A DNA stretch of 64,000 bases, taken from Shigella phage vB_SboS_Gloob. Positions 47,146 through 56,634 of the stretch are shown in pieces. The notes beneath the pieces are model-generated. The model worked only from the letters and a program-made list of their open reading frames with translations, had not been told where the DNA came from and searched no databases. Numbering within the stretch: the stretch's first letter is position 1; the number at the start of each line of letters is the position of its first letter. Location of the stretch: the sequence record OL615011, one strand, 5' to 3'. A program made the position numbers and the translations under genes.

Positions 47146-48444
47146 ATGAACGACAAAACTCAGAAACTTATAGATATCACCAAACAGGCGATAGAAGAAA
47201 ACGCCAGCCCTTTTATCTTTGCTCCATATACCCCGGATGCCCTTATGGGCGACCGCAAAACTATCTTCAATGCTCTCTCGCTTGACCGCAATGTCATCCA
47301 CTGGGAAGACTATCTCTACAAGCACACCCCGTGCGAACTCGTTGCCAACCCCGAAACCAATCAGCAGGTCTGGTTCAAGCGTGAAGATTACTTTGCACCG
47401 CTGTCCAATTACGCAAATGGTCAGCAGGGCATCAATGGCAGTAAGTTGCGCCAGGCCATCTGGCTGATGGTTGAGCACCTGAAGGCCGGAGGTTCCCCTG
47501 ACATCATCCACGGCACTGTCGTTGGTAGTCCGCAATCCCCTATGGCGACGGCAGTCTCTCGGCACTTCGGCGGCAAGACAACCACTGTACTCGGCGCGAC
47601 CAAACCAACCACTTGCATGAACCATGGCATGGTTGAGATGAGCGCCTGGTTCGGCAGTGAGTTCAACTTCGTCGGCTCCGGCTACAACAGCACGATCCAG
47701 CCGCGCTGTAAGAAGCTCATCGAGCAGGTGAATCCAAAGGCGTACTACCTGGAATATGGTATTACCCTGGACCACACAGTGCATTCCCCCGAGCGCATCG
47801 CAGGATTCCATATGCTGGGCGGCGAGCAGGTTGCTAACATCCCGGACCATATCACCGACCTGATCATCCCGGCTGGCTCATGCAACTCATGTACGAGTAT
47901 CCTGACCGGACTGGCGATGCATCCGAAGCCTAATCTGAAGCGTGTGTATCTGATCGGCATCGGTCCGAACCGCCTGGACTTCATTGAGAGCCGCCTGCGC
48001 ATCATCGGCAAACAGGCCAATCTACCGCATATCACAGACTTCACCCGCCGTTATCACGACAACCCAGACTATGTCCACGGCAAGAAGGAGCTTCAGCATG
48101 CCTCTAAGAGCGTTTCGCTGGCTGGCCTCCTAAGTGGTATCAGGCAGAAGGGAGAGCCAGAGGTCGTGCTTCCTCGTTTTGAGGTACACCATTGGGATCT
48201 CCACACCACCAATTGGGTTCGTTACAATGACCTGATGGATTATCAGTGGGGTGATATCGAATTGCACCCGCGTTATGAAGGCAAGGTCATGACCTGGGTC
48301 CAGCAACACAAGCCCGAGTTGCTCAATGAGAACACTCTGTTCTGGATTGTGGGCAGCAAGCCGTACATCGAGCCAATGAAGGCCGCATGCCCTGAGCTGG
48401 CTATCCCAGATGAAGTGAACGTCAACACCTTCACTCCTTCCTGA
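47146..48444 (+). CDS. PLP-dependent fold-type-II enzyme candidate (432 aa)
   Basis: GINGSKLRQAIWLM resembles the GGNKxRKLE lysine loop of the ACC deaminase / D-cysteine desulfhydrase family; by eye. Confidence 0.45.
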   Translation: MNDKTQKLIDITKQAIEENASPFIFAPYTPDALMGDRKTIFNALSLDRNVIHWEDYLYKHTPCELVANPETNQQVWFKREDYFAPLSNYANGQQGINGSKLRQAIWLMVEHLKAGGSPDIIHGTVVGSPQSPMATAVSRHFGGKTTTVLGATKPTTCMNHGMVEMSAWFGSEFNFVGSGYNSTIQPRCKKLIEQVNPKAYYLEYGITLDHTVHSPERIAGFHMLGGEQVANIPDHITDLIIPAGSCNSCTSILTGLAMHPKPNLKRVYLIGIGPNRLDFIESRLRIIGKQANLPHITDFTRRYHDNPDYVHGKKELQHASKSVSLAGLLSGIRQKGEPEVVLPRFEVHHWDLHTTNWVRYNDLMDYQWGDIELHPRYEGKVMTWVQQHKPELLNENTLFWIVGSKPYIEPMKAACPELAIPDEVNVNTFTPS

Positions 48445-48450
48445 TCCCTC

Positions 48451-48461
48451 CTAAATACCCC
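48451..48461 (+). promoter_or_regulatory. late promoter CTAAATACCCC with leader palindrome (ATACCCCA / TGGGGTAT)
   Basis: Exact motif about 22 nt upstream of ATG 48484. Confidence 0.5.
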
Positions 48462-48483
48462 ATACAATCCGTGTGGGGTATCT

Positions 48484-48942
48484 ATGAAAACCTTCCTGCA
48501 ATACCTACAAGAATCAGAACATCCTGTTTTCGGCAACCTGTTGTTGTATCATGGGTCTAATTGTGAATTCGATGAGTTCGACTTCAAGCGCTTCGGTCAG
48601 ACAGACTGCGGTACGCTCGGTCCTGGCTTCTATCTGACTGGGTTAGAAGAAGAGGCGCAGCGTTATGCAGACAACGCTGTCCGATATCGACAGGAAGGGG
48701 AACCCCACGTGATGAGTTTCCGTGTTCGCCTCAACAACCCTATTGTGCTGGATTCCAACAATGCCTCAGCCTGGGAAGACCGGATGAGGGAACTTGGCAT
48801 AGAACCAGGAAAGGTTCACGACAATGCAAAAGAGTTGATGGCTCAGGGCTATGACTCCGTCATCATTATTGATCCGGCGGCTCTGCCTATGGTGAGGGAA
48901 GTTGTTGTGTACAAACCAGGCCTGGCAGTGCGGGAAGCCTAA
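48484..48942 (+). CDS. late-expressed hypothetical protein (152 aa)
   Basis: ORF track; contains LLLYHGSN; function unassigned. Confidence 0.5.
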   Translation: MKTFLQYLQESEHPVFGNLLLYHGSNCEFDEFDFKRFGQTDCGTLGPGFYLTGLEEEAQRYADNAVRYRQEGEPHVMSFRVRLNNPIVLDSNNASAWEDRMRELGIEPGKVHDNAKELMAQGYDSVIIIDPAALPMVREVVVYKPGLAVREA

Positions 48943-48949
48943 ATACCCC
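48939..48949 (+). promoter_or_regulatory. late promoter CTAAATACCCC
   Basis: Exact motif about 28 nt upstream of ATG 48978. Confidence 0.5.
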
Positions 48950-48977
48950 ATATGGCTAACCCACTGAGGAACCCAAC

Positions 48978-49436
48978 ATGCCAACCTCCAAATTGTTTGA
49001 ATCAGAATACACCAATGACATCCCCGTATGGACTGGTGTTCAAGACGGTATCACGATTGAGCTGTTTGATCGTGAAGAGACGGGCGCGGAAGAGATCTAT
49101 GCAGGCGTTGAAGGCACTGATGTTGTTCGCGCCGCCGTAGCCCTTGCCACCTTCCTTGAAGATGCACCGATTGATGGTGTGCCGTTCGAGGCGCACGTAG
49201 ATCCCGAGGATCCAACGTCTATCATTATTACAGTGAATGGGGTGCCATACACTTCGTACAGTATCGAGACGGACGAAGAGGGCAGCGGAGCGCTGTATAT
49301 TGCCACTGACCTGCAGCTGGAAGACGATGAGATGGATTATCTGATTCAGAATGGGGTACTGCCGCCGTTCACCGATGAAGACCTGGACACAGAACTGGCC
49401 GCCGTCGGTGATGATGACGACTTCTGGGAAGAATAA
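48978..49436 (+). CDS. late-expressed strongly acidic protein (152 aa)
   Basis: D+E about 25 percent, almost no K/R; GAGGAA SD. Confidence 0.5.
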   Translation: MPTSKLFESEYTNDIPVWTGVQDGITIELFDREETGAEEIYAGVEGTDVVRAAVALATFLEDAPIDGVPFEAHVDPEDPTSIIITVNGVPYTSYSIETDEEGSGALYIATDLQLEDDEMDYLIQNGVLPPFTDEDLDTELAAVGDDDDFWEE

Positions 49437-49437
49437 C

Positions 49438-49464
49438 AAAAGGGGCGTTAAGCCCCTTTCTTTT
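49438..49464. terminator. bidirectional terminator AAAGGGGCG-TTAA-GCCCCTTTCTTTT
   Basis: Between convergent genes. Confidence 0.65.
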
Positions 49465-49837
49465 AAATCTCGCCCGTGTGGGCTGTGAATCTCATGGTAA
49501 CGATTTCGGTTCGCTCATCCTTTCGGAATTCGAATTTCAGACCTTCCCGGAGCATCCTTTCTTCCAGCAACTTCTTGAACTTTTTCATTTCGTGCTCTGA
49601 CGGATAATGAGAACATCTGTAAGCCTGGTGGAATGCCGTGAACATATTGTCAAAGGTGTGCCCACAAACGACGTATGCCATATCGTCAATTTCAACGCCT
49701 CGTGACGCCTCGAGCATAAGGTTTTTCTTCACTTCCTTGACAAAGATGTCGACAGCCTTTTCAACTTTGCTCATAGCATTCCAGGCCTGAGCCTGGGTTA
49801 TGGTTGCTTGCAGTTCCTGCGCGAAATTGTTCATCAT
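49463..49837 (-). CDS. hypothetical protein (124 aa)
   Basis: ORF track. Confidence 0.45.
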   Translation of the reverse strand: MMNNFAQELQATITQAQAWNAMSKVEKAVDIFVKEVKKNLMLEASRGVEIDDMAYVVCGHTFDNMFTAFHQAYRCSHYPSEHEMKKFKKLLEERMLREGLKFEFRKDERTEIVTMRFTAHTGEI

Positions 49838-50400
49838 TTCACCTTCCGAGTTGGATATTGGTTAAAGAGTTTACCCAGCTTCGACACGTTGATGATAGTC
49901 TGGGTCTTCCAGCGCTGGATCCCTTCCGGAGTAGTCACGGTCAGAATTGAATGCCCCCAAATATGGGAACCGTCCAGCACAGCCGCGCTGTGGCCGCCAA
50001 TCTTGTCTTCCAGTTTGCAGATGAAAGACTCATACTGATGTGCAGCGTTGCGACGGGCTTCCTTGATGAACAGACGTTGGCGCTCTGGATCGGCCTTGAC
50101 GATGTTCGGTGCACCTGGCCGATAAGAGCGGGTTGGTGGGTTATTGTCGGCAGTCAGGCTCATATACAAAGACTGCTTTGCCTTCATCCGATGGTAATCG
50201 TGATGCCCCATTCGGATGCCGACAGTTGACGGCCAAGGAGCACACTTCTGAAGATCCCAGCCATTGGCGGCCAGGTCGTCCATCACGTTCTTGATGATTT
50301 TGTTCGCGTACTGCTCGGCAGCTTCTTCGGCCTGCGACAGCAGAGGCTCAACAGCGATACGGACAGGAGTTTTGGGCATAGCCATGATATAGTCCTTCAT
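49834..50400 (-). CDS. hypothetical protein (188 aa)
   Basis: ORF track; start ATG overlaps stop of upstream small ORF (ATGA). Confidence 0.45.
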   Translation of the reverse strand: MKDYIMAMPKTPVRIAVEPLLSQAEEAAEQYANKIIKNVMDDLAANGWDLQKCAPWPSTVGIRMGHHDYHRMKAKQSLYMSLTADNNPPTRSYRPGAPNIVKADPERQRLFIKEARRNAAHQYESFICKLEDKIGGHSAAVLDGSHIWGHSILTVTTPEGIQRWKTQTIINVSKLGKLFNQYPTRKVK

Positions 50401-50561
50401 TCAGATACTTCAAATGCTAACAGGGTCACCATAGACATCATGGCACGAGTGAGTTCTTCTTTGACATCAGCGGAGAATGGGTACTCGCGGAGGAGTTTGG
50501 CCAATTCTTCCAATTTCGCGCCCACCTTCCGGTGCTCTGATTCGGTATATTCGATTGCCAT
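50397..50561 (-). CDS. small hypothetical protein (54 aa, MAIEYTESEH...)
   Basis: AAGGA SD; translationally coupled to downstream gene; too short for the ORF track. Confidence 0.35.
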   Translation of the reverse strand: MAIEYTESEHRKVGAKLEELAKLLREYPFSADVKEELTRAMMSMVTLLAFEVSE

Positions 50562-50583
50562 GATATAGTCCTTCAGTTCAAAG

Positions 50584-50606
50584 TAAGCCCCCGCAGGGGC
50601 TTCATC
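50584..50606 (-). terminator. hairpin GCCCC-UGCG-GGGGC
   Basis: Downstream of stop at 50610. Confidence 0.45.
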
Positions 50607-50609
50607 ATA

Positions 50610-51137
50610 TTAAAGACGGGAATCCAGCCAGGCGTTCTTTTCGTTCTGCCACTCCCAGGCCGCCTGGCCGCCTGCCATGATCACTTCCAAGGAAGGAGTA
50701 TTGTCATCTTCACCGCCATGAAGATCAGGGTCGAAGCCGTCATCTTCAGGATCGTCTTCGCATTCATTCTGATAAGCGGAATATTCGATATAATGGGCTT
50801 CGGCTTCGCAATCCATGTCGCCCAGAGCAGCCTCAAGAGTCATTTTACCTTCTGCGATCAGTTCGGCAGTCGCGTCGTCCAGGCCTGCGTCTTTCGCTTC
50901 AACGAAGAGTTCGTGACGTTTCTGGAAGAGGAAGAAGTTCATGGCATCAACGTATGAGTCAAATTTCTGTTTCAACTCTTGGCGGACGCCTTTCATGATA
51001 AGATGATACACCACCATGTAACGGCCAGCAGAAAGTTTGTCGCCGTCTGCCGCGCCGAAGAAGTTACCGAAGACGTGACCTTCACCTGCGTCAGACAGAA
51101 CTGTGTTTTTGTTTGCGGTTTCTGCTAAAATTTTCAT
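50610..51137 (-). CDS. hypothetical protein with acidic C-terminus (about 176 aa from MKILAET)
   Basis: ORF track; internal ATG chosen because early-promoter-like element lies just upstream. Confidence 0.45.
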   Translation of the reverse strand: MKILAETANKNTVLSDAGEGHVFGNFFGAADGDKLSAGRYMVVYHLIMKGVRQELKQKFDSYVDAMNFFLFQKRHELFVEAKDAGLDDATAELIAEGKMTLEAALGDMDCEAEAHYIEYSAYQNECEDDPEDDGFDPDLHGGEDDNTPSLEVIMAGGQAAWEWQNEKNAWLDSRL

Positions 51138-51232
51138 GATGTATTTCCTTCTCTTCAGATTGTTGTTTGTTCGTACTACAATTAGAAGTATACGCCAGTT
51201 ATTGAAGAAGTAAACTTTATTCAATAAATATT

Positions 51233-51445
51233 TTAATAAATTTTGAACTCTGCTCCCTTGTACGTTGCCGACCCTCGTTCTATGAGACCGTCTGGGACAA
51301 TCACCTTTGTCGGCCAACCACCATCTGGAGCCTTAACAGTCAGGCGTGTCTTGTGATCACCCAGCTGTGTCTGTTCATAGATCCTTCCGCGCACTATCGT
51401 CGCCCCGCCTTGGGTGACGAGCAATCTCTTGTTTACCACTTTCAT
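51233..51445 (-). CDS. hypothetical protein (70 aa)
   Basis: ORF track. Confidence 0.4.
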   Translation of the reverse strand: MKVVNKRLLVTQGGATIVRGRIYEQTQLGDHKTRLTVKAPDGGWPTKVIVPDGLIERGSATYKGAEFKIY

Positions 51446-51463
51446 TCCCTAAACACCAAAAGA

Positions 51464-51483
51464 AAGGGGAGTTTCCTCCCCTT
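51464..51483 (-). terminator. terminator AAGGGGAG-GAAAC-CTCCCCTT plus U-run
   Basis: Immediately after stop at 51488. Confidence 0.6.
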
Positions 51484-51487
51484 GAAC

Positions 51488-52060
51488 TTATTTCTTCAGA
51501 TCAGGCCACGCACCAGAGGTCGCAGTAGACCCAGCTGGGGGAGCAGACTCAAGATCGGGAGCACCCGACTGAGTAACAACAGTGGGATCTTTCTGTACGA
51601 CCCGGACCCCAAACTGCTTGAGAGCATCCACAGCCTGGGCTTTTCGCCCGTTGCTTTTGTAGTGGTTGTAGCCTTTGATACCGAATGATGCACTAATTGC
51701 TGTCAATAATGAATAGGTATACCATTCAGGTGCGGTATCGAGCGCCTGGAGGCCACCGATTACTGCTTTGATGAAATCCCCTTTATGATACTCACCAGGG
51801 AACAAAATCAGTTCCACAACCGGAGCAGTCATGACGAGGATAGCGGGTACGGCTAACACGATAGTCCAGAATTCGTCTTTCCAAGATCCGCCGACTTCGG
51901 TGATCTTAGACAGCTCCCAATCTGAGGAGGACTTGATGGCCTCCAGCTTGACGTCGTGTTTGGCTTGAACAACTTCCCGCTTATATTGAATCAAATCAGT
52001 CCCGAGGTTCCAGAGTTGCTTGAGCGCCCCTGGGATCATACCAACGAGGGGGATTGCCAT
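51488..52060 (-). CDS. membrane protein (about 191 aa)
   Basis: AAGGAG SD; hydrophobic segment FWTIVLAVPAILVMTAPVV. Confidence 0.45.
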   Translation of the reverse strand: MAIPLVGMIPGALKQLWNLGTDLIQYKREVVQAKHDVKLEAIKSSSDWELSKITEVGGSWKDEFWTIVLAVPAILVMTAPVVELILFPGEYHKGDFIKAVIGGLQALDTAPEWYTYSLLTAISASFGIKGYNHYKSNGRKAQAVDALKQFGVRVVQKDPTVVTQSGAPDLESAPPAGSTATSGAWPDLKK

Positions 52061-52139
52061 AATAAACTCCTTGGTCAATGAATGGCTCTATGGTTAAATA
52101 TGCCCACGTGCTAACGGCACGGATAACCTGGAGAATTAC

Positions 52140-55139
52140 ATGACCGTTTTCTATACGAACGTTGCCCGTCGGGGCAATGACCTGTTGATTCGAATCGCAG
52201 ATGACATGGGTAATCGCCGTCTGTTGAAAAAGAAATTCGAACCCACTCTCTATTTACCCACGGCTGATTATTCAAATGTTGAAAAGGTCGGCTTGCTCAA
52301 TGAACCCCTGGTGGCCAAGCAGTTCCCTGACATGCGCACTGCTGACAACTACCTTGAAGAGTACAAGGAAGTCCAGGGCGCGGCCATCTATGGACAGACG
52401 GATTATGCATACCAGTTCATCGCCCACAGTTTCCCCGGGAAGATCGAACCGGATTACTCCAACATCCATATCGCCAACCTCGATATCGAAGTGTTCACCG
52501 CCGGGTGGAAAGACGGGGAGATGACCAAGGGTCCATTTCCTCATCCGACTATTGAGCAGCAGACGTTCAAAGGTAGCGAGGCACGCATCCGCCGCTTCCA
52601 TCAGCAGGTACTGGCCAACCATGACTTCATCCGTGAGCACTTTCCCAGTTCCTTTATCAGCAACAACGTGACCGACCAGTTCCCTATCATTGATAGCAAT
52701 GGCAAGATCACCCAGGACATGAATGCAGCGTTCCCTATCACGCTCATCCAGCTTCAGGACATGGCGACCAATAAGTTCATGGTGTGGGGTATGCCGTGCG
52801 CGAAGGATCGTGCGAAGTTCAGATACGATCCAGAAGACGCGGAGATCGGTGGACTTGAGGTGGAGTACAAGGAGTTTGTCACCGAGCAGGATCTGCTGCG
52901 ATCTTTCCTTGACTTCTGGTCACAGCGTCAGTTTGATGGCTGGACAGGCTGGAACATCGAGACGTTTGATAGCCCGTACCTTGTTGAGCGCATGAACCAG
53001 GTTCTGGGCGAAGCCGAAACATCTCGCCTCAGCCCGTGGGGAATCATCAAGAAGCGCACCATCCGCGATAAGAAGGGTGACATCACGACATATCAGTTCG
53101 TGGGCTGCCCTATGCTTGACTACATGCAGATCTACAAGAAGCACACGTACACCACGCGTGAGCGGTACTCTCTTGATTGGATTGCGTATTGTGAGCTGGG
53201 TGAGAAGAAGATGGACTACAGTGAGAGCAAGTCGCTCTTTGACCTGTACTTCAACGACTATGCCAAACACACCCGATATGGTATCAAGGACGTCAAGCTG
53301 GTATGGCGTCTTGAGCAGAAGCTGCGTTTGCTTCAGCTGATGTTCGTCCTTGCGTACCGCACCAAGTCCAACTATGAAGACGGCCTGGGTACAGTGGCTC
53401 CGTGGCTGGCCATGTGCTACTATCGTCTGTATGAGAAGGGGATAGTGCCTAAGATCCAGCGTGTATACGATGGTCCGACCGATTTTGAGGGCGCATACGT
53501 CATGGAGGTGACACCAGGAATCTACTTCTGGGTCTTCTCTGAGGACTTGAACTCCCTCTACCCTCACATCATCCAGCAATACAACCTCGGTCCTGAGACT
53601 ATCGTTGGCGACAAACACCAGCGCCGTGAGATCATTGAGGCTATGTGTGAAGAGCTGGCTGCTCAGATGAATAACATGGCAACGCCGATGCACAAACGTC
53701 GGTTGATGAAAGCCCTTCACGACAAACTGTTGCGTGCGATTGACGAACGCCTGCAGGTTGTTGATGAACTGGTTGCCCTGGGTGAGTTCCACTTTGAGAC
53801 CCTGCGCCGCTACAACGTGTCCTTCACGCCGAACGTTCAGTTCTTCAGCAACGAGAAGATGTCGTTCCTGTCTGAAATCATGCGTGGTATCTACAGCGAC
53901 CGTAAAGTAGAGAAAGCCAAGGGTCTGAAGTATGAGCAGTGGGCTGGCTGGTGTAAAGAGATGGCGAAGGGTGACTTCCATCTTGAATCTGCGATGAAGT
54001 CGCGCTTCTATGATCCAGAGTGGTATGAAGAGCACAAGAACATTGATCTTGATGCACTGACCGAAGTGATGAAGAAGTGGGAAGATCTGGGGGTTGCCCA
54101 AGATACTCTTCAGCAAGGTCTGAAGATCTTGATGAACGCAGGTTATGGTGCGATCTCAAACGTCTGGTTCAAAGAGTACTTCAACCTCAACATCGCCGAA
54201 GCCATCACAACGTCCGGTCAGCTGATCAACAAGTGGAACAAGCGCTACACCGATGACTATCTGAACAAGCTGTGCGGCACGACAGGCCAGGACTTCGTCA
54301 TCGCGGGTGATACTGACTCCAACTACATCTGCATTGAGCGTCTTGTCAAGCAGTTGTGGCCTGATGTTACTGACCATCATGCTATGGTTGATAATATCGA
54401 CCAATGGATCAAGGACAACTACCAGCCGAAGACCAATGAGTGGGCACAGCTTCTGTGTAACACCATGAACGGATTTGAACAGCGCATGGTGTGGGAGCGT
54501 GAAGTAATTGCATCAGCTGCCGTCTGGCGAGCCAAGAAGATGTATGCCATGGCCGTGTACGACAGTGAGGGTATCAAGTACGAGAAGCCGAAGATCAAGT
54601 TCAAAGGTCTGGAAGCCCGTAAGTCCACCACGCCGGAATGGTGTCGTGAGCGTCTTGTTAAGTGCTATGAGAAGATCCTGCTCGGCACCGAAGAGGAAGT
54701 ACAGACGCTCATCTCCCAGTACAAAGAGGAGTACATGAAGCTCTCTGTAGACGATATCGCCAAGGCATCCGGTGTGTCCGACATAGAGAAGTGTGTGGCC
54801 GCCGACGGCTCGTTCATCTCTGGTGCTCACTATGCTGCCAAGGCATGTGTGGGTTACAACCGCATGGTAGAGAAGAACGAAGACCTCGGCCTGCCGATGA
54901 TTGAGTCGGGTGATAAGGTCAACATGGTACTGCTGAAGAATGGCAACCCGTTTGGCCAGAATTACTTCGCATATCCTGAGTTCTTCCCCGAGGAACTGGG
55001 TATGGGTAAATGGGTGGATTACCATACAGCCTTTGAGAAGTCCTTCATCGACCCTATTCAGTCCATCCTTGACGTGGTCGGCTGGTCACACAAGCGTCGT
55101 GTGAACCTTCTTGCCATGATGCAAAAGAAGAAAGGTTGA
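52140..55139 (+). CDS. DNA polymerase, family B, T4 gp43-like (999 aa)
   Basis: Exo I NLDIEVF, motif A DLNSLYPHII, motif C IAGDTDS. Confidence 0.95.
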   Translation: MTVFYTNVARRGNDLLIRIADDMGNRRLLKKKFEPTLYLPTADYSNVEKVGLLNEPLVAKQFPDMRTADNYLEEYKEVQGAAIYGQTDYAYQFIAHSFPGKIEPDYSNIHIANLDIEVFTAGWKDGEMTKGPFPHPTIEQQTFKGSEARIRRFHQQVLANHDFIREHFPSSFISNNVTDQFPIIDSNGKITQDMNAAFPITLIQLQDMATNKFMVWGMPCAKDRAKFRYDPEDAEIGGLEVEYKEFVTEQDLLRSFLDFWSQRQFDGWTGWNIETFDSPYLVERMNQVLGEAETSRLSPWGIIKKRTIRDKKGDITTYQFVGCPMLDYMQIYKKHTYTTRERYSLDWIAYCELGEKKMDYSESKSLFDLYFNDYAKHTRYGIKDVKLVWRLEQKLRLLQLMFVLAYRTKSNYEDGLGTVAPWLAMCYYRLYEKGIVPKIQRVYDGPTDFEGAYVMEVTPGIYFWVFSEDLNSLYPHIIQQYNLGPETIVGDKHQRREIIEAMCEELAAQMNNMATPMHKRRLMKALHDKLLRAIDERLQVVDELVALGEFHFETLRRYNVSFTPNVQFFSNEKMSFLSEIMRGIYSDRKVEKAKGLKYEQWAGWCKEMAKGDFHLESAMKSRFYDPEWYEEHKNIDLDALTEVMKKWEDLGVAQDTLQQGLKILMNAGYGAISNVWFKEYFNLNIAEAITTSGQLINKWNKRYTDDYLNKLCGTTGQDFVIAGDTDSNYICIERLVKQLWPDVTDHHAMVDNIDQWIKDNYQPKTNEWAQLLCNTMNGFEQRMVWEREVIASAAVWRAKKMYAMAVYDSEGIKYEKPKIKFKGLEARKSTTPEWCRERLVKCYEKILLGTEEEVQTLISQYKEEYMKLSVDDIAKASGVSDIEKCVAADGSFISGAHYAAKACVGYNRMVEKNEDLGLPMIESGDKVNMVLLKNGNPFGQNYFAYPEFFPEELGMGKWVDYHTAFEKSFIDPIQSILDVVGWSHKRRVNLLAMMQKKKG

Positions 55140-55173
55140 TTCAATAAACCAAAGGGGGATATAATTCCCCCTG
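55136..55173 (+). promoter_or_regulatory. sigma70-like promoter TTGATT-N18-TATAAT with the -10 hexamer in the loop of hairpin AAGGGGGA..TCCCCCT
   Basis: Overlaps polymerase stop codon; also plausible as polymerase terminator. Confidence 0.4.
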
Positions 55174-55201
55174 TTAACCCTTTGACAAACAGGTGATTGA
55201 A

Positions 55202-55543
55202 ATGAAACTCAATAAGATTCTTCTGGTGTGTGCTCTGGCTTTCTCTACCACCGCATGCTCTACCCTTGTGGACGTTGCGTCTACTGTAGACCTTGACGCG
55301 CCGACGTTCACCAATGAGCAGGCCGTGTCTAAGATGGAAGATACCATCAAGGCTCATGCCGCTCTTGACAACACCACTCCTGGTCCATTACAGACCGTCT
55401 GCAACTATGACGATTCCATCCAGGAAGACGAAACCTACCACTGCACCACCCACGTGAAGCAGGCTTCCGTCGTTCTGTATGCGGATTGTACCGAAGAACA
55501 GTGCGTTGCTACGGGCTACGACAAAGTTGAGGAAGACAAATGA
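55202..55543 (+). CDS. putative lipoprotein (about 113 aa)
   Basis: MKLNKILLVCALAFSTTACS has a signal peptide and lipobox-like motif. Confidence 0.5.
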   Translation: MKLNKILLVCALAFSTTACSTLVDVASTVDLDAPTFTNEQAVSKMEDTIKAHAALDNTTPGPLQTVCNYDDSIQEDETYHCTTHVKQASVVLYADCTEEQCVATGYDKVEEDK

Positions 55544-56319
55544 ACAACCTGGTCTGTCTCTATGATATGAAATCAAAGGTCGGTGGTCTGTATCGCGTCC
55601 TCGTGGATGTTGACCTGACGCTGGTCGACAGCCTCTCCCCTTGGGTGCAGTGGTTCAACGAAGAGAACATCGCTGCCGCTGCTATTGCTACGGGGGAACA
55701 TAAGTCATATCAGTTCCAGCCGATCACCAAAGAGTGCTATATGGCTCATGCTGGCGACCTGGCTATTCTGATGCGAGAACGTGCACATCCGGCGTGGTTG
55801 ATACGCCGCGTGTACCTCGCTGGGCAATGGATGTATGCTCCTACAGGGCGTGATCCTATGGATTGGTGGCGTCGCCCTGACCTGTACGCCAAGATGAACC
55901 CGCTTCCAGGTGCTTACGAGTTCCTGGTGAATCTGAAGAAGATTCTGCTCGAAGACTTTGACAATGTTGAATTCATCGCAGTGTCCAAGTGTGAGCCGGA
56001 ACACGAGCGCAGCAAGCGCCAGTTTGTCTATGACAAGTTCCCTGGTATCTTCAACGGATTTGTCAGTACTGACGAAAAGCATCTGCTGGCAGGCGATGTC
56101 CTGATTGATGACAATCCGAAGTATGTTGAGCCGTGCGGCCTGAACAACATCTTCGTCATCTTTGTTCCTCAGGGCAATTATGAAAAACTGGATCTTTCGA
56201 ATTCGGAAGATATGCTTTATATTAAACCAGTAGAAGGCCAGAACCACTTCGACTTCCTGAATCACAATATTGTTGAAGTGGTGAACCGCTTGATTGGTCA
56301 TTATCAATACGTCCGATAG
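55540..56319 (+). CDS. HAD-superfamily hydrolase, 5'(3')-deoxyribonucleotidase-like (259 aa)
   Basis: Motif I VLVDVDLTLVD (DxDxT). Confidence 0.55.
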   Translation: MNNLVCLYDMKSKVGGLYRVLVDVDLTLVDSLSPWVQWFNEENIAAAAIATGEHKSYQFQPITKECYMAHAGDLAILMRERAHPAWLIRRVYLAGQWMYAPTGRDPMDWWRRPDLYAKMNPLPGAYEFLVNLKKILLEDFDNVEFIAVSKCEPEHERSKRQFVYDKFPGIFNGFVSTDEKHLLAGDVLIDDNPKYVEPCGLNNIFVIFVPQGNYEKLDLSNSEDMLYIKPVEGQNHFDFLNHNIVEVVNRLIGHYQYVR

Positions 56320-56328
56320 GAGGACATC

Positions 56329-56634
56329 GTGCAAGAACAATCCAAGTTTGGGGAAACCCCAGACAAGCGTTCCGGTGATAGCGATATGGATGGCGTGATT
56401 ATCCATGTCAACAACTTTATTCGCCAGCAGGAGACTCCGACTCCTATCGGCGCAGCCAAGGCTCTTCATGACGTACTGGTGGAGATCGGTCAGCGCTCTG
56501 AAGCGGATGAAATCTTCTATAACTTCGACGACCAGTATAAAGTGAAGTTTGAAGAGAATGGCCGCCCACAGGTTGCTGTATTCTGGGCACCATGGATGGG
56601 CGGCGTGAGCTGGCGTATTGAGGATATTGCATAA
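56329..56634 (+). CDS. hypothetical protein (101 aa, GTG start)
   Basis: AGGAGG SD 7 nt upstream of GTG. Confidence 0.4.
   Translation: MQEQSKFGETPDKRSGDSDMDGVIIHVNNFIRQQETPTPIGAAKALHDVLVEIGQRSEADEIFYNFDDQYKVKFEENGRPQVAVFWAPWMGGVSWRIEDIA

Noticed and set aside
47113-47850. 245-aa minus-strand ORF
   Set aside because: Antisense to the PLP-enzyme-like gene; Arg/Ala/His-rich shadow composition
52920-54116. 398-aa minus-strand ORF inside the DNA polymerase gene
   Set aside because: Antisense to a gene carrying all family-B polymerase motifs
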